From the NCBI GenBank assembly GCA_963837495.1, contig CAWINF010000001.1, positions 841,843 to 905,842 on the forward strand: 64,000 nucleotides of DNA, given 5' to 3'. The position numbers and the translations under genes are program-made. This DNA comes from an uncultured Acidobacteriota bacterium. Lineage in GTDB: Bacteria; Acidobacteriota; Thermoanaerobaculia; UBA5066; Gp7-AA6. Position 1 is the stretch's first letter. Each line of letters starts with the position of its first letter. Below the pieces are notes generated by a model. It saw only the letters and a list, made by a program, of their open reading frames with translations, ran no database searches and was not told the origin of the DNA. This document shows positions 37,187 through 50,200 of this stretch, in pieces.

Positions 37187-38143
37187 CTCGACGTCATCCC
37201 GCCTTCCTGAAGATTTCGTAGCGCTCGGCCAGGAAGTCGCGGTCGGGCTGGAGGTCTCGGCGGGTCGGGATGAGGATTCGGGAGAGCTCTGGAAGCCCTG
37301 GAGACCGTGGAGGAGCATCGGGCCGTCCTTTTCTCGGAGGATGTCTTGTCGGATCTCGACGATAAGGTCCGGGCGCACACCCAGGATTTGGCCGTCGAAG
37401 GCGGCGTGGTGGAGCTTGCAGAGAGCCAGGCCGTTCGAGACCGTCGGGTCGCCCTTGGGATGGCGGTCCGGGAGGATGTGGGCGGCGTCGAGCAGCTCGA
37501 AGTGCCTGAGGCGGCAGACGGCGCAGCGCTCCTGATACGCCCGGATCACCCGAACCCGGAACCCCGCCTGATGGAGGCGTTGCTGCGTCACTCGCGTGAC
37601 GTAGGCCCGCCTAGCATCGGAGAGGTCGGAGACGAGATGCGCCGTATCCATGACCGCAGCGTCCTTCAGGTCCACGGCCACTGAAAATGCCAGCGACTCG
37701 GGATGATCCCGGACGATGAACACCGGCCAGACCGGCAGGTACTCACCGGGAACTACACCGTAGAGATAGATCAGCGGAACTGCACGCCGCATCGCCAGAC
37801 GCAGCCCCGCGTTGTCCCGATGCCTCGGATCCGTCCCGCGGTACCGGTAGAGAAGGAGACCGTTCTCGTCCATCTCGTCTTCATAGGGCCGTTGTCGCCC
37901 TTCAATCACCGGCGTGGTGTTGAAGGTTAGAGGCATCTCGGGCAAAACGGCTGGCTTGAAGATGCCCTGCGGATTGATGAGCGGAACCCTCTGCCCGTCG
38001 AACCAGAAACCCTCGGCCAGGATTTTGCGCGGGAGCACCTCACCCCGAAGCTCCGTCTGAGTTCGGAGAAACTCGAACGCCGCGATCCTGACCCGCTGGT
38101 CAAACTCCCGCGCCGCCGTCCATGGATCCTGATCCTCGGTCAC
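37175..38143 (-). CDS. HNH endonuclease (HNH_2-type) with ~200-aa N-terminal domain; apparent +2 indel shifts the last ~30 codons relative to the 27722-27967 paralogue fragment
   Basis: CAVCRL...LDAAHILP...NGLALCKLHHAAFD; C-terminus LHGLQGFQSSPESS... vs paralogue LHSLQGFQGARILIPTRRDLQPDRDFLAERYE. The correct-frame RILIPTRRDLQPDRDFLAERYEIFRKAG is present in DNA at 37199-37290. Confidence 0.65.
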   Translation of the reverse strand: MTEDQDPWTAAREFDQRVRIAAFEFLRTQTELRGEVLPRKILAEGFWFDGQRVPLINPQGIFKPAVLPEMPLTFNTTPVIEGRQRPYEDEMDENGLLLYRYRGTDPRHRDNAGLRLAMRRAVPLIYLYGVVPGEYLPVWPVFIVRDHPESLAFSVAVDLKDAAVMDTAHLVSDLSDARRAYVTRVTQQRLHQAGFRVRVIRAYQERCAVCRLRHFELLDAAHILPDRHPKGDPTVSNGLALCKLHHAAFDGQILGVRPDLIVEIRQDILREKDGPMLLHGLQGFQSSPESSSRPAETSSPTATSWPSATKSSGRRDDVELDG

Positions 38144-38329
38144 GTACCGTCAGGATACGCCGCTGTCCACGTGACTCTTCGACGCACGCCCTGGCACCCC
38201 GGGTTGGCGCCTTCTCCTCGGACATCAGCTGTCCGTGCCGCCAAGTCAAGATAGAGGGTTGCAAGGTAAACTGAGGGGAAACCTAAGCGATCTGCCGCGT
38301 CTCGTCGGGAAAGGACTCTGGTCGTCGTC

Positions 38330-41826
<3,497 letters not shown>

Positions 41827-41830
<4 letters not shown>

Positions 41831-42435
41831 GGCGAGAAGAGGTTGATGAACTTCACTTCATCGCGCCGATCGAAAACGTTGCTTCGATCCTCACGATGGG
41901 CATTCTTTCGAACGAGCGGGCTCGAAGCATCTCGCATCTCTCGATAGCCATGGAGGAGGTTCAAGTGCGGCGCGACATGAAGACGGTCCCCGGGGGTCGA
42001 CCACTTCACGAGTACGCCAATCTGTACTTCACCGCTCGTAACCCGATGATGTTCAAGAAGCAGGCGATCCACGCGGAGACTTGCGTTCTACGTGTCGACC
42101 CATGCGTCCTCGATCTGTCAGGCGTCGTCGTAACCGACAGGAACGCATCACGCGGATGGGCTCGCTTTCGCCCCCCCGCAGAAGGACTCGGAGCCCTGAA
42201 ACACGAAGAGATCTTCGCGGATGATTGGCGCCATCCCGGAGATCCGGTTGCCTACGACCGCCATAAGGGCCTTAAGTGCGCCGAAGTTCTTGTGCCAGAC
42301 CGGGTTGAGCCAAGTCTGATTCGCGGAGCGTACGTTTCCTCCGACGAGGCATTTCGACGTCTGTCCGATGCTTGTCCGGCGCTCGACGTTCGGAAGTACC
42401 CTCACCTTTTCTTCTTAGAAGGTGGCCTCGAATGA
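41827..42435 (+). CDS. darT: DarT-like ssDNA ADP-ribosyltransferase toxin (DUF4433); ATGA overlap with the helicase stop
   Basis: ELHFIAPIENVASILTMGILSN...VPGGRPLHEYANLYFTARNPMMFK matches the DarT N-terminal consensus. Confidence 0.65.
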
Positions 42436-43562
42436 CCGTTCAGACTCTTGTGGGTAATCTTTTCGACTCCTCTGCGCAGACGCTTGTCAACACCGTAAAC
42501 ACGGTTGGGGTGATGGGCAAAGGAATCGCCCTTGAGTTCAGGAAGCGGTTCCCGGAGATGCACCAGGATTATGTGGCACGCTGCGCCGCCGGTAAAATCC
42601 ACCTCGGCGAGCCATACCTCTTCAAGGCGCTGCTGCCTCCGTGGATCCTCAACTTCCCGACGAAGGAGCACTGGCGGTCAGTCTCGCGGGTGGCCGACAT
42701 CGTGCGCGGATTGGAGTACCTCGAAAGGAATTACAAGGCCTGGGGAATCACATCACTGGCCGTTCCGCCTCTCGGCTGCGGTCTCGGGCAGCTCGAATGG
42801 CGGGTCGTTGGGCCTACACTCTTTCGTCACCTAAGCCGTCTCGATATTCCGGTTGAACTCTTCGCGCCGCATGGCACACCAGCCGAACAGCTCGACCCGC
42901 TGTTTTTGGGCATCGTCCCTCAGGCGCAAGCAGCCACTACGAACGGTCCCGAACAGGCTCGTATAGATGCAGCGTCCGTAGCTCTCGCGGAGATTCTCGC
43001 CCGGATTGCGAGGGAGCCCTACCATCGCCCGGTGGGTCGAACGATTTTTCAGAAGATTGCTTTCTTCGCGACGGAAGAGGGGATCCCAACGCGGCTTGAC
43101 TTTGCGCCCGAGAGTTATGGGCCGTTCTCCACAAGCGTTAAGCCCCTGCTCACGAGGCTCGTCAACAATGGTCTGCTCGTGGAGACCAAGCTCGGGCGGA
43201 TGTTCCGCCTGGATCCAGGTCCCACTTTCACAGATGCCTGCAAGACATTCGCGGACGCGATTTCGCAGTGGGAACCTGCAATCGAACGGATCGCGGACCT
43301 CTTTTTGAGAATGACTACTGAGCAGGCTGAAATCGCAGCGACCGTCTTTTACGCGGCCCGCCATCTGGTCGGCAATGGCGAGACGCCTCCGACGGAGCGC
43401 GACGTTCTTTCCGCGGTAAAGCAATGGAAGCGCAGGCGGAGTCCCCAGCTACGTGACGAGGATTTGGCTCTGGCAATCCGGAACCTTAACGTTCTTGGCT
43501 GGTTAAACACGCGGGCCAGCACGGATCTCCCGCTTCCTGAGGCCGCTTCTATTGGAGCATAA
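42432..43562 (+). CDS. darG: DarG-like macrodomain antitoxin; ATGA overlap with darT
   Basis: N-terminal macrodomain VNTVNTVGVMGKGIALEFRKRFP; ~240-aa C-terminal domain. Confidence 0.65.
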   Translation: MTVQTLVGNLFDSSAQTLVNTVNTVGVMGKGIALEFRKRFPEMHQDYVARCAAGKIHLGEPYLFKALLPPWILNFPTKEHWRSVSRVADIVRGLEYLERNYKAWGITSLAVPPLGCGLGQLEWRVVGPTLFRHLSRLDIPVELFAPHGTPAEQLDPLFLGIVPQAQAATTNGPEQARIDAASVALAEILARIAREPYHRPVGRTIFQKIAFFATEEGIPTRLDFAPESYGPFSTSVKPLLTRLVNNGLLVETKLGRMFRLDPGPTFTDACKTFADAISQWEPAIERIADLFLRMTTEQAEIAATVFYAARHLVGNGETPPTERDVLSAVKQWKRRRSPQLRDEDLALAIRNLNVLGWLNTRASTDLPLPEAASIGA

Positions 43563-43616
43563 CGGGTTACCTGCTACTACCAAACGCCGAAGCGTGGCGG
43601 AGTACGCTGAGTCGCT

Positions 43617-44414
43617 GTGGTGAAAAAGGCGGTGCCGCCAGACCCCCGTCCAGCGCAGCTCTCGGTCGGCGAGATTCGCACCGCCATACCGAAGCTCGAG
43701 CGCCGCCTTGCAGAGGTGGAAGCCCTTGAACCCGATGGTATCCAAGGACGACCTGACCCGGCCTTTAGGGCAGTTGAAGACAAGATCGACAGTACGTTGG
43801 TCGAGGTTTTCGGACCTGACACGCTCGACTATAGGCGATTCACCGTCGGGCCTCTGTACAAGGGAGCCCTCTACAGGGGCGGCATGCCCATTGCGGAGGT
43901 CCGCGAGGGGTATCGGCGAGGGAAGGATCAGGCGGCTGGGAAACTCAAAACAGCAATCGAGATTCTGAGAGAAAAGCTCTTGGCTGTCCTGGGCACAGCT
44001 AACTCCGGAGCCGCGACGCCCCCGTCGCTCGATGCGCTCGATCTCGATCCGCAACTGAGAAATCGCGTTGCCCCGCTCTTTAGGGATGGTCATTATGCCA
44101 ACGCGATCGAGGACGCTTGCAAGGTTCTCGACCTCCTCGTCAAGTTGCGCAGCGGGCGAGAAGATCTGTCCGGGACGGAGTTAATGCAGGCAGTCTTCTC
44201 CGAGAGAAACCCGGTGCTTAGGTTCAACGACGGTGTGATGGAGACCGACAGAAGTGAGCAAAAGGGCATGATGTTCCTGTACTCGGGTACGATGTTGGCC
44301 CTGCGCAACCCCCGAGCCCACGGCTTTCAACCGGACGACGCCGCGACAGCCATCCAAGTTATCTCCATCATTAATTTCCTTATCGGTGCTCTGGGTAGGA
44401 CGACGAAAGCCTAG
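43617..44414 (+). CDS. HEPN-domain protein (TIGR02391-like); GTG start
   Basis: C-terminal FRDGHYANAIEDACKVLDLLV...MMFLYSGTMLALRNPRAHG (Rx4H motif). Confidence 0.5.
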   Translation: MVKKAVPPDPRPAQLSVGEIRTAIPKLERRLAEVEALEPDGIQGRPDPAFRAVEDKIDSTLVEVFGPDTLDYRRFTVGPLYKGALYRGGMPIAEVREGYRRGKDQAAGKLKTAIEILREKLLAVLGTANSGAATPPSLDALDLDPQLRNRVAPLFRDGHYANAIEDACKVLDLLVKLRSGREDLSGTELMQAVFSERNPVLRFNDGVMETDRSEQKGMMFLYSGTMLALRNPRAHGFQPDDAATAIQVISIINFLIGALGRTTKA

Positions 44415-44419
44415 TCAGG

Positions 44420-47296
44420 ATGGCATCGAAGAAGCTCATCGAGGTCGCCCTGCCCCTGCCCGAGATCAACGATGCCTCGGCTTACGACAAGAGACCTGGA
44501 ATCGGGCCTCACCCTAAGGGAATCCACCACTGGTGGGCGCGCCTCCCGCTGCCAACGGCGCGGGCGGTGCTCTTTGCGTCGGTGGTGGACGACCCGAGCG
44601 GCCATCCGGAGAAGTGGCTGACGGAAGAAGCGCAGGACGCCGAGCGCGAGCGGCTTTTCGAAATCATACGCCGCATGATGGGTAAGAAGCTGCATACGCA
44701 TCCGGAGGTGTACGCCGAAGCGCGTGCCGAGATGCTCGATGACACCGGTGGAAAGCTTCCCGTCGCGTTCGACCCGTTCGCTGGTGGCGGCTCGATCCCG
44801 CTCGAGGCCAATCGTCTCGGCTTCGAGCCCCATGCCGGCGATCTCAACCCCGTAGCGGTGCTCCTCAACAAGTGCAGTCTCGAGATCGCCCCTCACTGGG
44901 CCAGCCGAGCACCAGTCAATCCGGAGGACCGCGCGCAGATCGGCGGAACAGAATCATGGCCCGGAACGCGTGGGCTTGCGGCCGACGTTCGTTACTACGG
45001 TAGGCTCATCCAAGACCGGGCGCGGCAGAAGATCGGGCACCTCTACCCGAAAGTCCGATTGCCGAGGGCGGAAGGGGGCGGGGAAGCAAACGTGATCGCC
45101 TGGATTTGGGCGCGCACCGTGGCGAGCCCCGATCCGTCGGCGCGTGGTGCCCACGTACCGCTAGTCAGTACTTTCTGGCTCTCAGCTAAGAAGGGAATGG
45201 AGGCGCGGCTCGAACCGATCGTGGACAGGGACGCGCGCATCTGGCGGTTCGCTGTGCGCCTGGGGATTCCCACCGAATGCACCGGGAAGCGCCCAGGGCA
45301 GAAGTGGAAGGATCACGCCAAAGAGTGCATCGCGTGCGCGGCGGTGGTATTTGGAACGAAGACAGGAAGAGCGCAGTTTCGCTGCCTCCTGACAGGCGCG
45401 CCGATCTCCGACGATCACATCAAGGCCGAGGGAGTTGCAGGCCGGCTCGGCAGTGTCTTGCTTGCGATCGTGGCGGAGGGCAAACGGGGACGCGTGTATC
45501 TCGATAGCTCCGATGCGCAAGTCGAGGCAGCAAGTGTCACGGCTCCCGTCGGGCAGGTGGAAGAACCGCTGGCCGAAGATCCCCGGAACATCTGGTGCGT
45601 CGGATATGGTCTCGATCGCTTCCGCCGGCTCTTTACCCCTCGCCAACTCACAGCAATGGTGACACTGAGTGACCTGGTGAAGGCGATCGCGGCGGACGTG
45701 AGGCGCGACGCGAAGGCGACGCTCGCCTCCGACGAGGTCCAGGCTTACGGCCTCGCGGTTACGACGTTTCTGGCGCTGGCGGTAGACCGGTGCGCAGACT
45801 TCAATAACACCTTATGTCGGTGGGATCAAAGCGCCGCCGGTCAGAGAGTAAAGAACCTATTCGGGCGGCAGGCGATCCCCATGTTGTGGGATTTCGCCGA
45901 GGCCAATACCCTCGGAGAGAAGTCTGTCTGCTGGGCGAACGCAGTAGATGTCACCGCCGACGCGATCGGCGCGCTCGCGTCTTCTGAGCGAATGCGAGGA
46001 ACCGCCCGCCAGATCGACGCTGCCACAGGGGCCAATGGGCTCAAGAACCTTCTCGTTAGCACCGATCCTCCCTACTACGACAACATCAGCTACGCTGGGC
46101 TCTCGGACTTCTTCTACGTCTGGCTCCGGCGCACGATCGGTGACCTTTACCCGGATCTCTTCAGCACAGTGCTTGTGCCGAAGGTGCCGGAACTCACGGC
46201 CGCGCCCGAACGCTTCGGCGGCGACAAGCAAAAGGCCAAGGAGCACTTCGAATCTGGCTTTCGCAAGGCCTTCACCGCGCTGCGCGAGAAGATGGATCCG
46301 CGATTTCCTCTTACCGTTTACTACGCCTTCAAGCAGGCCGACGAGGAAGGCGGAGGCGACGACGAGGATGCCGAGGGCGTTCCGCGCGTGGACCTTACCA
46401 CTGGCTGGGAGACGCTCCTCGAGGCGCTCATCGCGAGCGGCTTCCAGATCACGGCTACGTGGCCCGTGCGTGCGTCGCAGGCCTGGCGCATGCGCGCGAT
46501 GGACTCCAACGCCCTGGCCTCGTACATCGTGCTCGCCTGTCGCCCACGCAACGATGACGTCCCGCAGCCCGACCGCCGCTCGTTCGTTGCCGAACTCAAG
46601 CGGGAGTTGCCCATTGCGCTACGCCATCTTCAACAGGGCAACATCTCGCCGGTCGACTTTGCTCAGGCTGCCATTGGGCCGGGGATGGCAATCTACTCGC
46701 GATACAGTCAAATACTCGAGAGCAGTGGCAAAGCGATGAAAGTTCGTGGGGCGCTCTCGCTCATCAACCAAACTCTCACGGAGGTGCTGTCGGAACAGGA
46801 TGACGACTTCGACGCCGACACTCGGTGGGCGCTGGCGTGGTTCGATCAATCGGGATTCGACGCCGGAGAGTACGGCGCTGCAGAGACGCTCTCCAAGGCC
46901 AAGAATACAAGCGTCCAGGGCATGAAGGACGCCGGCATTCTCGACAAGAAGTCTCCGGGCGGAAAAGTTCGTCTGCTCAAACCGAGCGAACTGCGCGAGG
47001 ACTGGGACCCAGGCACCGACCCGCGCCTCACGGCATGGGAAGTCGTTCACCACCTGATCCGTGCTCTGGAGGAGGGCGGCGAGGCTGCGGCGGCAAAACT
47101 GGTCGCCAAACTCGGGAGCAAGGCCGAAGTTGCCCGCGAACTTGCCTACCGGCTCTACGCGATCTGCGAGCGGAAGAAACGCGCCGCCGAAGCGCTTTCC
47201 TACAATGCACTCGTCCAGAGCTGGCCCGAGATCACTCGTCTCGCTCGCGAGAGCCGCAAATCGAAGCCAGAGCAAGCCGCAATGTTCGGAGAGTAA
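44420..47296 (+). CDS. DUF1156-family N6-adenine DNA methyltransferase with inserted Zn ribbon
   Basis: N-terminal KLIEVALPLPEINDASAYDKRPGIGPHPKGIHHWWARLPL; FDPFAGGGS (motif I), LVSTDPPYYDNISY (motif IV, DPPY), CIACAA...C Zn ribbon. Confidence 0.7.
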   Translation: MASKKLIEVALPLPEINDASAYDKRPGIGPHPKGIHHWWARLPLPTARAVLFASVVDDPSGHPEKWLTEEAQDAERERLFEIIRRMMGKKLHTHPEVYAEARAEMLDDTGGKLPVAFDPFAGGGSIPLEANRLGFEPHAGDLNPVAVLLNKCSLEIAPHWASRAPVNPEDRAQIGGTESWPGTRGLAADVRYYGRLIQDRARQKIGHLYPKVRLPRAEGGGEANVIAWIWARTVASPDPSARGAHVPLVSTFWLSAKKGMEARLEPIVDRDARIWRFAVRLGIPTECTGKRPGQKWKDHAKECIACAAVVFGTKTGRAQFRCLLTGAPISDDHIKAEGVAGRLGSVLLAIVAEGKRGRVYLDSSDAQVEAASVTAPVGQVEEPLAEDPRNIWCVGYGLDRFRRLFTPRQLTAMVTLSDLVKAIAADVRRDAKATLASDEVQAYGLAVTTFLALAVDRCADFNNTLCRWDQSAAGQRVKNLFGRQAIPMLWDFAEANTLGEKSVCWANAVDVTADAIGALASSERMRGTARQIDAATGANGLKNLLVSTDPPYYDNISYAGLSDFFYVWLRRTIGDLYPDLFSTVLVPKVPELTAAPERFGGDKQKAKEHFESGFRKAFTALREKMDPRFPLTVYYAFKQADEEGGGDDEDAEGVPRVDLTTGWETLLEALIASGFQITATWPVRASQAWRMRAMDSNALASYIVLACRPRNDDVPQPDRRSFVAELKRELPIALRHLQQGNISPVDFAQAAIGPGMAIYSRYSQILESSGKAMKVRGALSLINQTLTEVLSEQDDDFDADTRWALAWFDQSGFDAGEYGAAETLSKAKNTSVQGMKDAGILDKKSPGGKVRLLKPSELREDWDPGTDPRLTAWEVVHHLIRALEEGGEAAAAKLVAKLGSKAEVARELAYRLYAICERKKRAAEALSYNALVQSWPEITRLARESRKSKPEQAAMFGE

Positions 47297-47299
47297 CTC

Positions 47300-50200
47300 A
47301 TGGCGATCACGAATCAGGAGCGCGTCGGTAAAGCGATGGAGCTACTCAAGGATGGGCTGGCTCCCTTCGTTGAGCGCGAGCTGAAGGCGCATCACGCTCA
47401 GAGCTGGTTTGAGGAAGCAAAGGCAGCAGTGAGCGAGATGCAAACAAGCTTCCTTGGAAGCGCCTCGGCGCCGAAGTGGGACGTTGGCTCGCTCCTGGTG
47501 GTCATGTGGAATCAGTGGAACCTCGTCTTCCGAAAGACCCTGGGCCAGGCCGAGCGAACTCTCGTGAGCGAGCTTCGCGACGCGCGCAAACGGTGGGCCC
47601 ACCAGGACGCCATCTCTGGCGACGACGCTTACCGGACTCTTGACTCAGCCAGCCGGCTGCTGACGGCCGTCTCCGCGCCGCAGTCGGACGAACTCGAGAA
47701 GATGAAGATGGAGCTCCTGCGCGTCCGATTCGACGAGCAGGTGCGAAGCGAAAAGCGGAAGAGCGCCGGGGCGGCCATCGAGAGTGCAGCGGCTGGGACC
47801 TTGAAGCCCTGGCGGGAGGTCGTCACGCCTCACAAGGACGTGGCTAGCGGCCGCTATCAGCAGGCGGAGTTCGCAGCCGACCTCTGGCAAGTACACCTCG
47901 GTGAGGGGACCGACGAATACCGGGATCCAGTCGAATTCTTCCGGCGGACGTACCTCACTGAAAGCCTCAAGGGGCTGCTCGTCGGGGCGGTGCAGCGAAT
48001 GGCCGGGCACGGCGGCGACCCCGTGGTGCAGCTCCAAACGAACTTTGGCGGCGGCAAGACCCACTCGATGCTCGCGCTCTACCACCTGTTTTCCAAGGCA
48101 ACTCTCAGCCAGTTGCCTGGCGCGGGTGCGATTCTGAATGAGGCCGGGGTCTCGAAGCTTCCCTCGGTTAATCGCGTCGTGCTCGTGGGTAATAAGATCT
48201 CGCCGGGAAACCCGGTCACGAAGCCCGACGGGACCGTCGTTCGGACGCTGTGGGGTGAGCTTGCGTGGCAGCTTGGCTTCGCGGCCGGCGGGGCCAAGGA
48301 AGCGAAGAAGGCTTTCCAGCGCGTCGCGCCGGACGACGAGAGGGCTACCAGCCCCGGTGACGCGCTGCGGGAGCTGATGAACGAGTACGGGCCGTGCCTG
48401 ATTCTGATCGACGAGTGGGTGGCCTACGCGCGGCAGCTCCACGATCAGAGCGACCTGCCGGCCGGAAGTTTCGAAACCCACTTCAGCTTTGCCCAGGTGC
48501 TTACGGAATCCGCGAAGGCGGCGAAGAAGTGCCTGCTGGTGATCAGCTTGCCCGCCTCGGACACCACGGGCTCTCCCCACGCGGTGGCCGACGACGTCGA
48601 GGTGGGCGGTGAACGAGGGCGCGCGGCGCTTGATCGCCTGCGCAATGCCGTAGGCCGTATCGAGGCGTCTTGGCGGCCGGCCAGCGCGGAGGAGAGTTTC
48701 GAGATTGTTCGGCGGCGACTTTTCGAGCCACTCGTTGAGAAGGCACAATTTGTGGCACGGGACACAGTGGCCCGGGCCTTCTACGACCTCTACCGGACGC
48801 AACATCAGGAATTCCCGCCCGAGTGCCGCGATTCGGACTACGAGAATCGGCTCAAGGCTGCCTATCCCATACATCCCGAGGTCTTCGACCGGCTCTACAA
48901 CGATTGGTCCACGCTGGTGAAGTTCCAGCGCACGCGCGGCGTGCTGCGGCTGATGGCGGCCGTGATCCACAGCCTGTGGCAGAAGGGCGACAGGAACCCG
49001 CTGATTCTTCCCGCCAACATCTCCATCGACGATCCGCGCGTCCAGTTCGAGCTCACGCGCTACCTCTCGGACAACTGGGTGCCCGTGATTGAGAAGGACG
49101 TGGACGGCCCTAATGTGCTGCCACTCCGGCTGGATGGCGAGGTGCCCAACCTCGGCAAGTACGCCGCCTGCCGCCGCGTGGCGCGGACGATCTACCTCGG
49201 GTCGGCACCCACCGCCACCGCCGCCCATCGGGGCATCGAGGACCGACGAATCAAACTTGGCTGCGTGATGCCAGGCGAGTCGCCCGCCGTCTTCGGCGAT
49301 GCTCTGCGGCGGCTCGCCGGCGCGGCCACGTACCTCTATCAGGATGGCCCGCGCTACTGGTACTCGACACAGCCGACGGTTACTAAGCTCGCGGAGGATC
49401 GCGCCGAGCAACTCAAACGCGATCCGGACAAGGTCGTGAAGGAGCTGGAGTCGCGCATCAGCGAGGACGTCACCGAGGACAGGCGAGAGAAGACAAGCAG
49501 AAAAGGCGCCTTCAGCCGCGTCCACCCGCTGCCGCACAGCGGCCAGGATGTGCCCGACGACATGGATGCCCGCCTCGTGATCCTCGACATCGACCATCCC
49601 TACGGCAAGGAGCCGGGCAATCCCGCTGAAGCCCAGGCAAATGCGATTCTCGAGTCCCGTGGCAACACGCCGCGCCTGTTCCGCAACACGTTGGTCTTCC
49701 TGGCTGTTGACCAGGCACGCCTGCAGGACCTCGACGAGGCGGCACGTCGTTACCTCGCCTGGGAATCCATCTTGGCCGAGAAGGTGACGCTGGATCTCTC
49801 GCCGCATCAAGTGAAACAGGCCGAGACCCAGAGGACGTCAGCCGACGGCGCCGTGACCGCTCGACTCCCCGAAGCGTACCAGTGGCTCCTGATTCCCACG
49901 CAGAGCACCCCGCAATCGCCGGTAAAGTGGCAGGCAGTCCGCCTCACAGGCCAGGACGCGCTAGCGGCAAGGGCCAGCAAGAAGCTCCGAGGCGACGATT
50001 CCCTCGTAACCGGGCTAGGCGCGACCGTTCTACGAAAATACCTCGACGAGGTTCCCCTCTGGCGTGGCGATCACGTCGACATCAGACAGCTCGGCGAAGA
50101 CTTCGCGCGCTATCTCTACCTTCCCCGAATCAAGGACACCTCCGTGCTGATCGGCGCGATCCGTAGTGGGCTCAACCTGATCACCTGGGAGAAGGACTCC

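Noticed and set aside
47645-49810. 721-aa minus-strand ORF
   Set aside because: Antisense to the DUF499 ATPase gene; no motifs.
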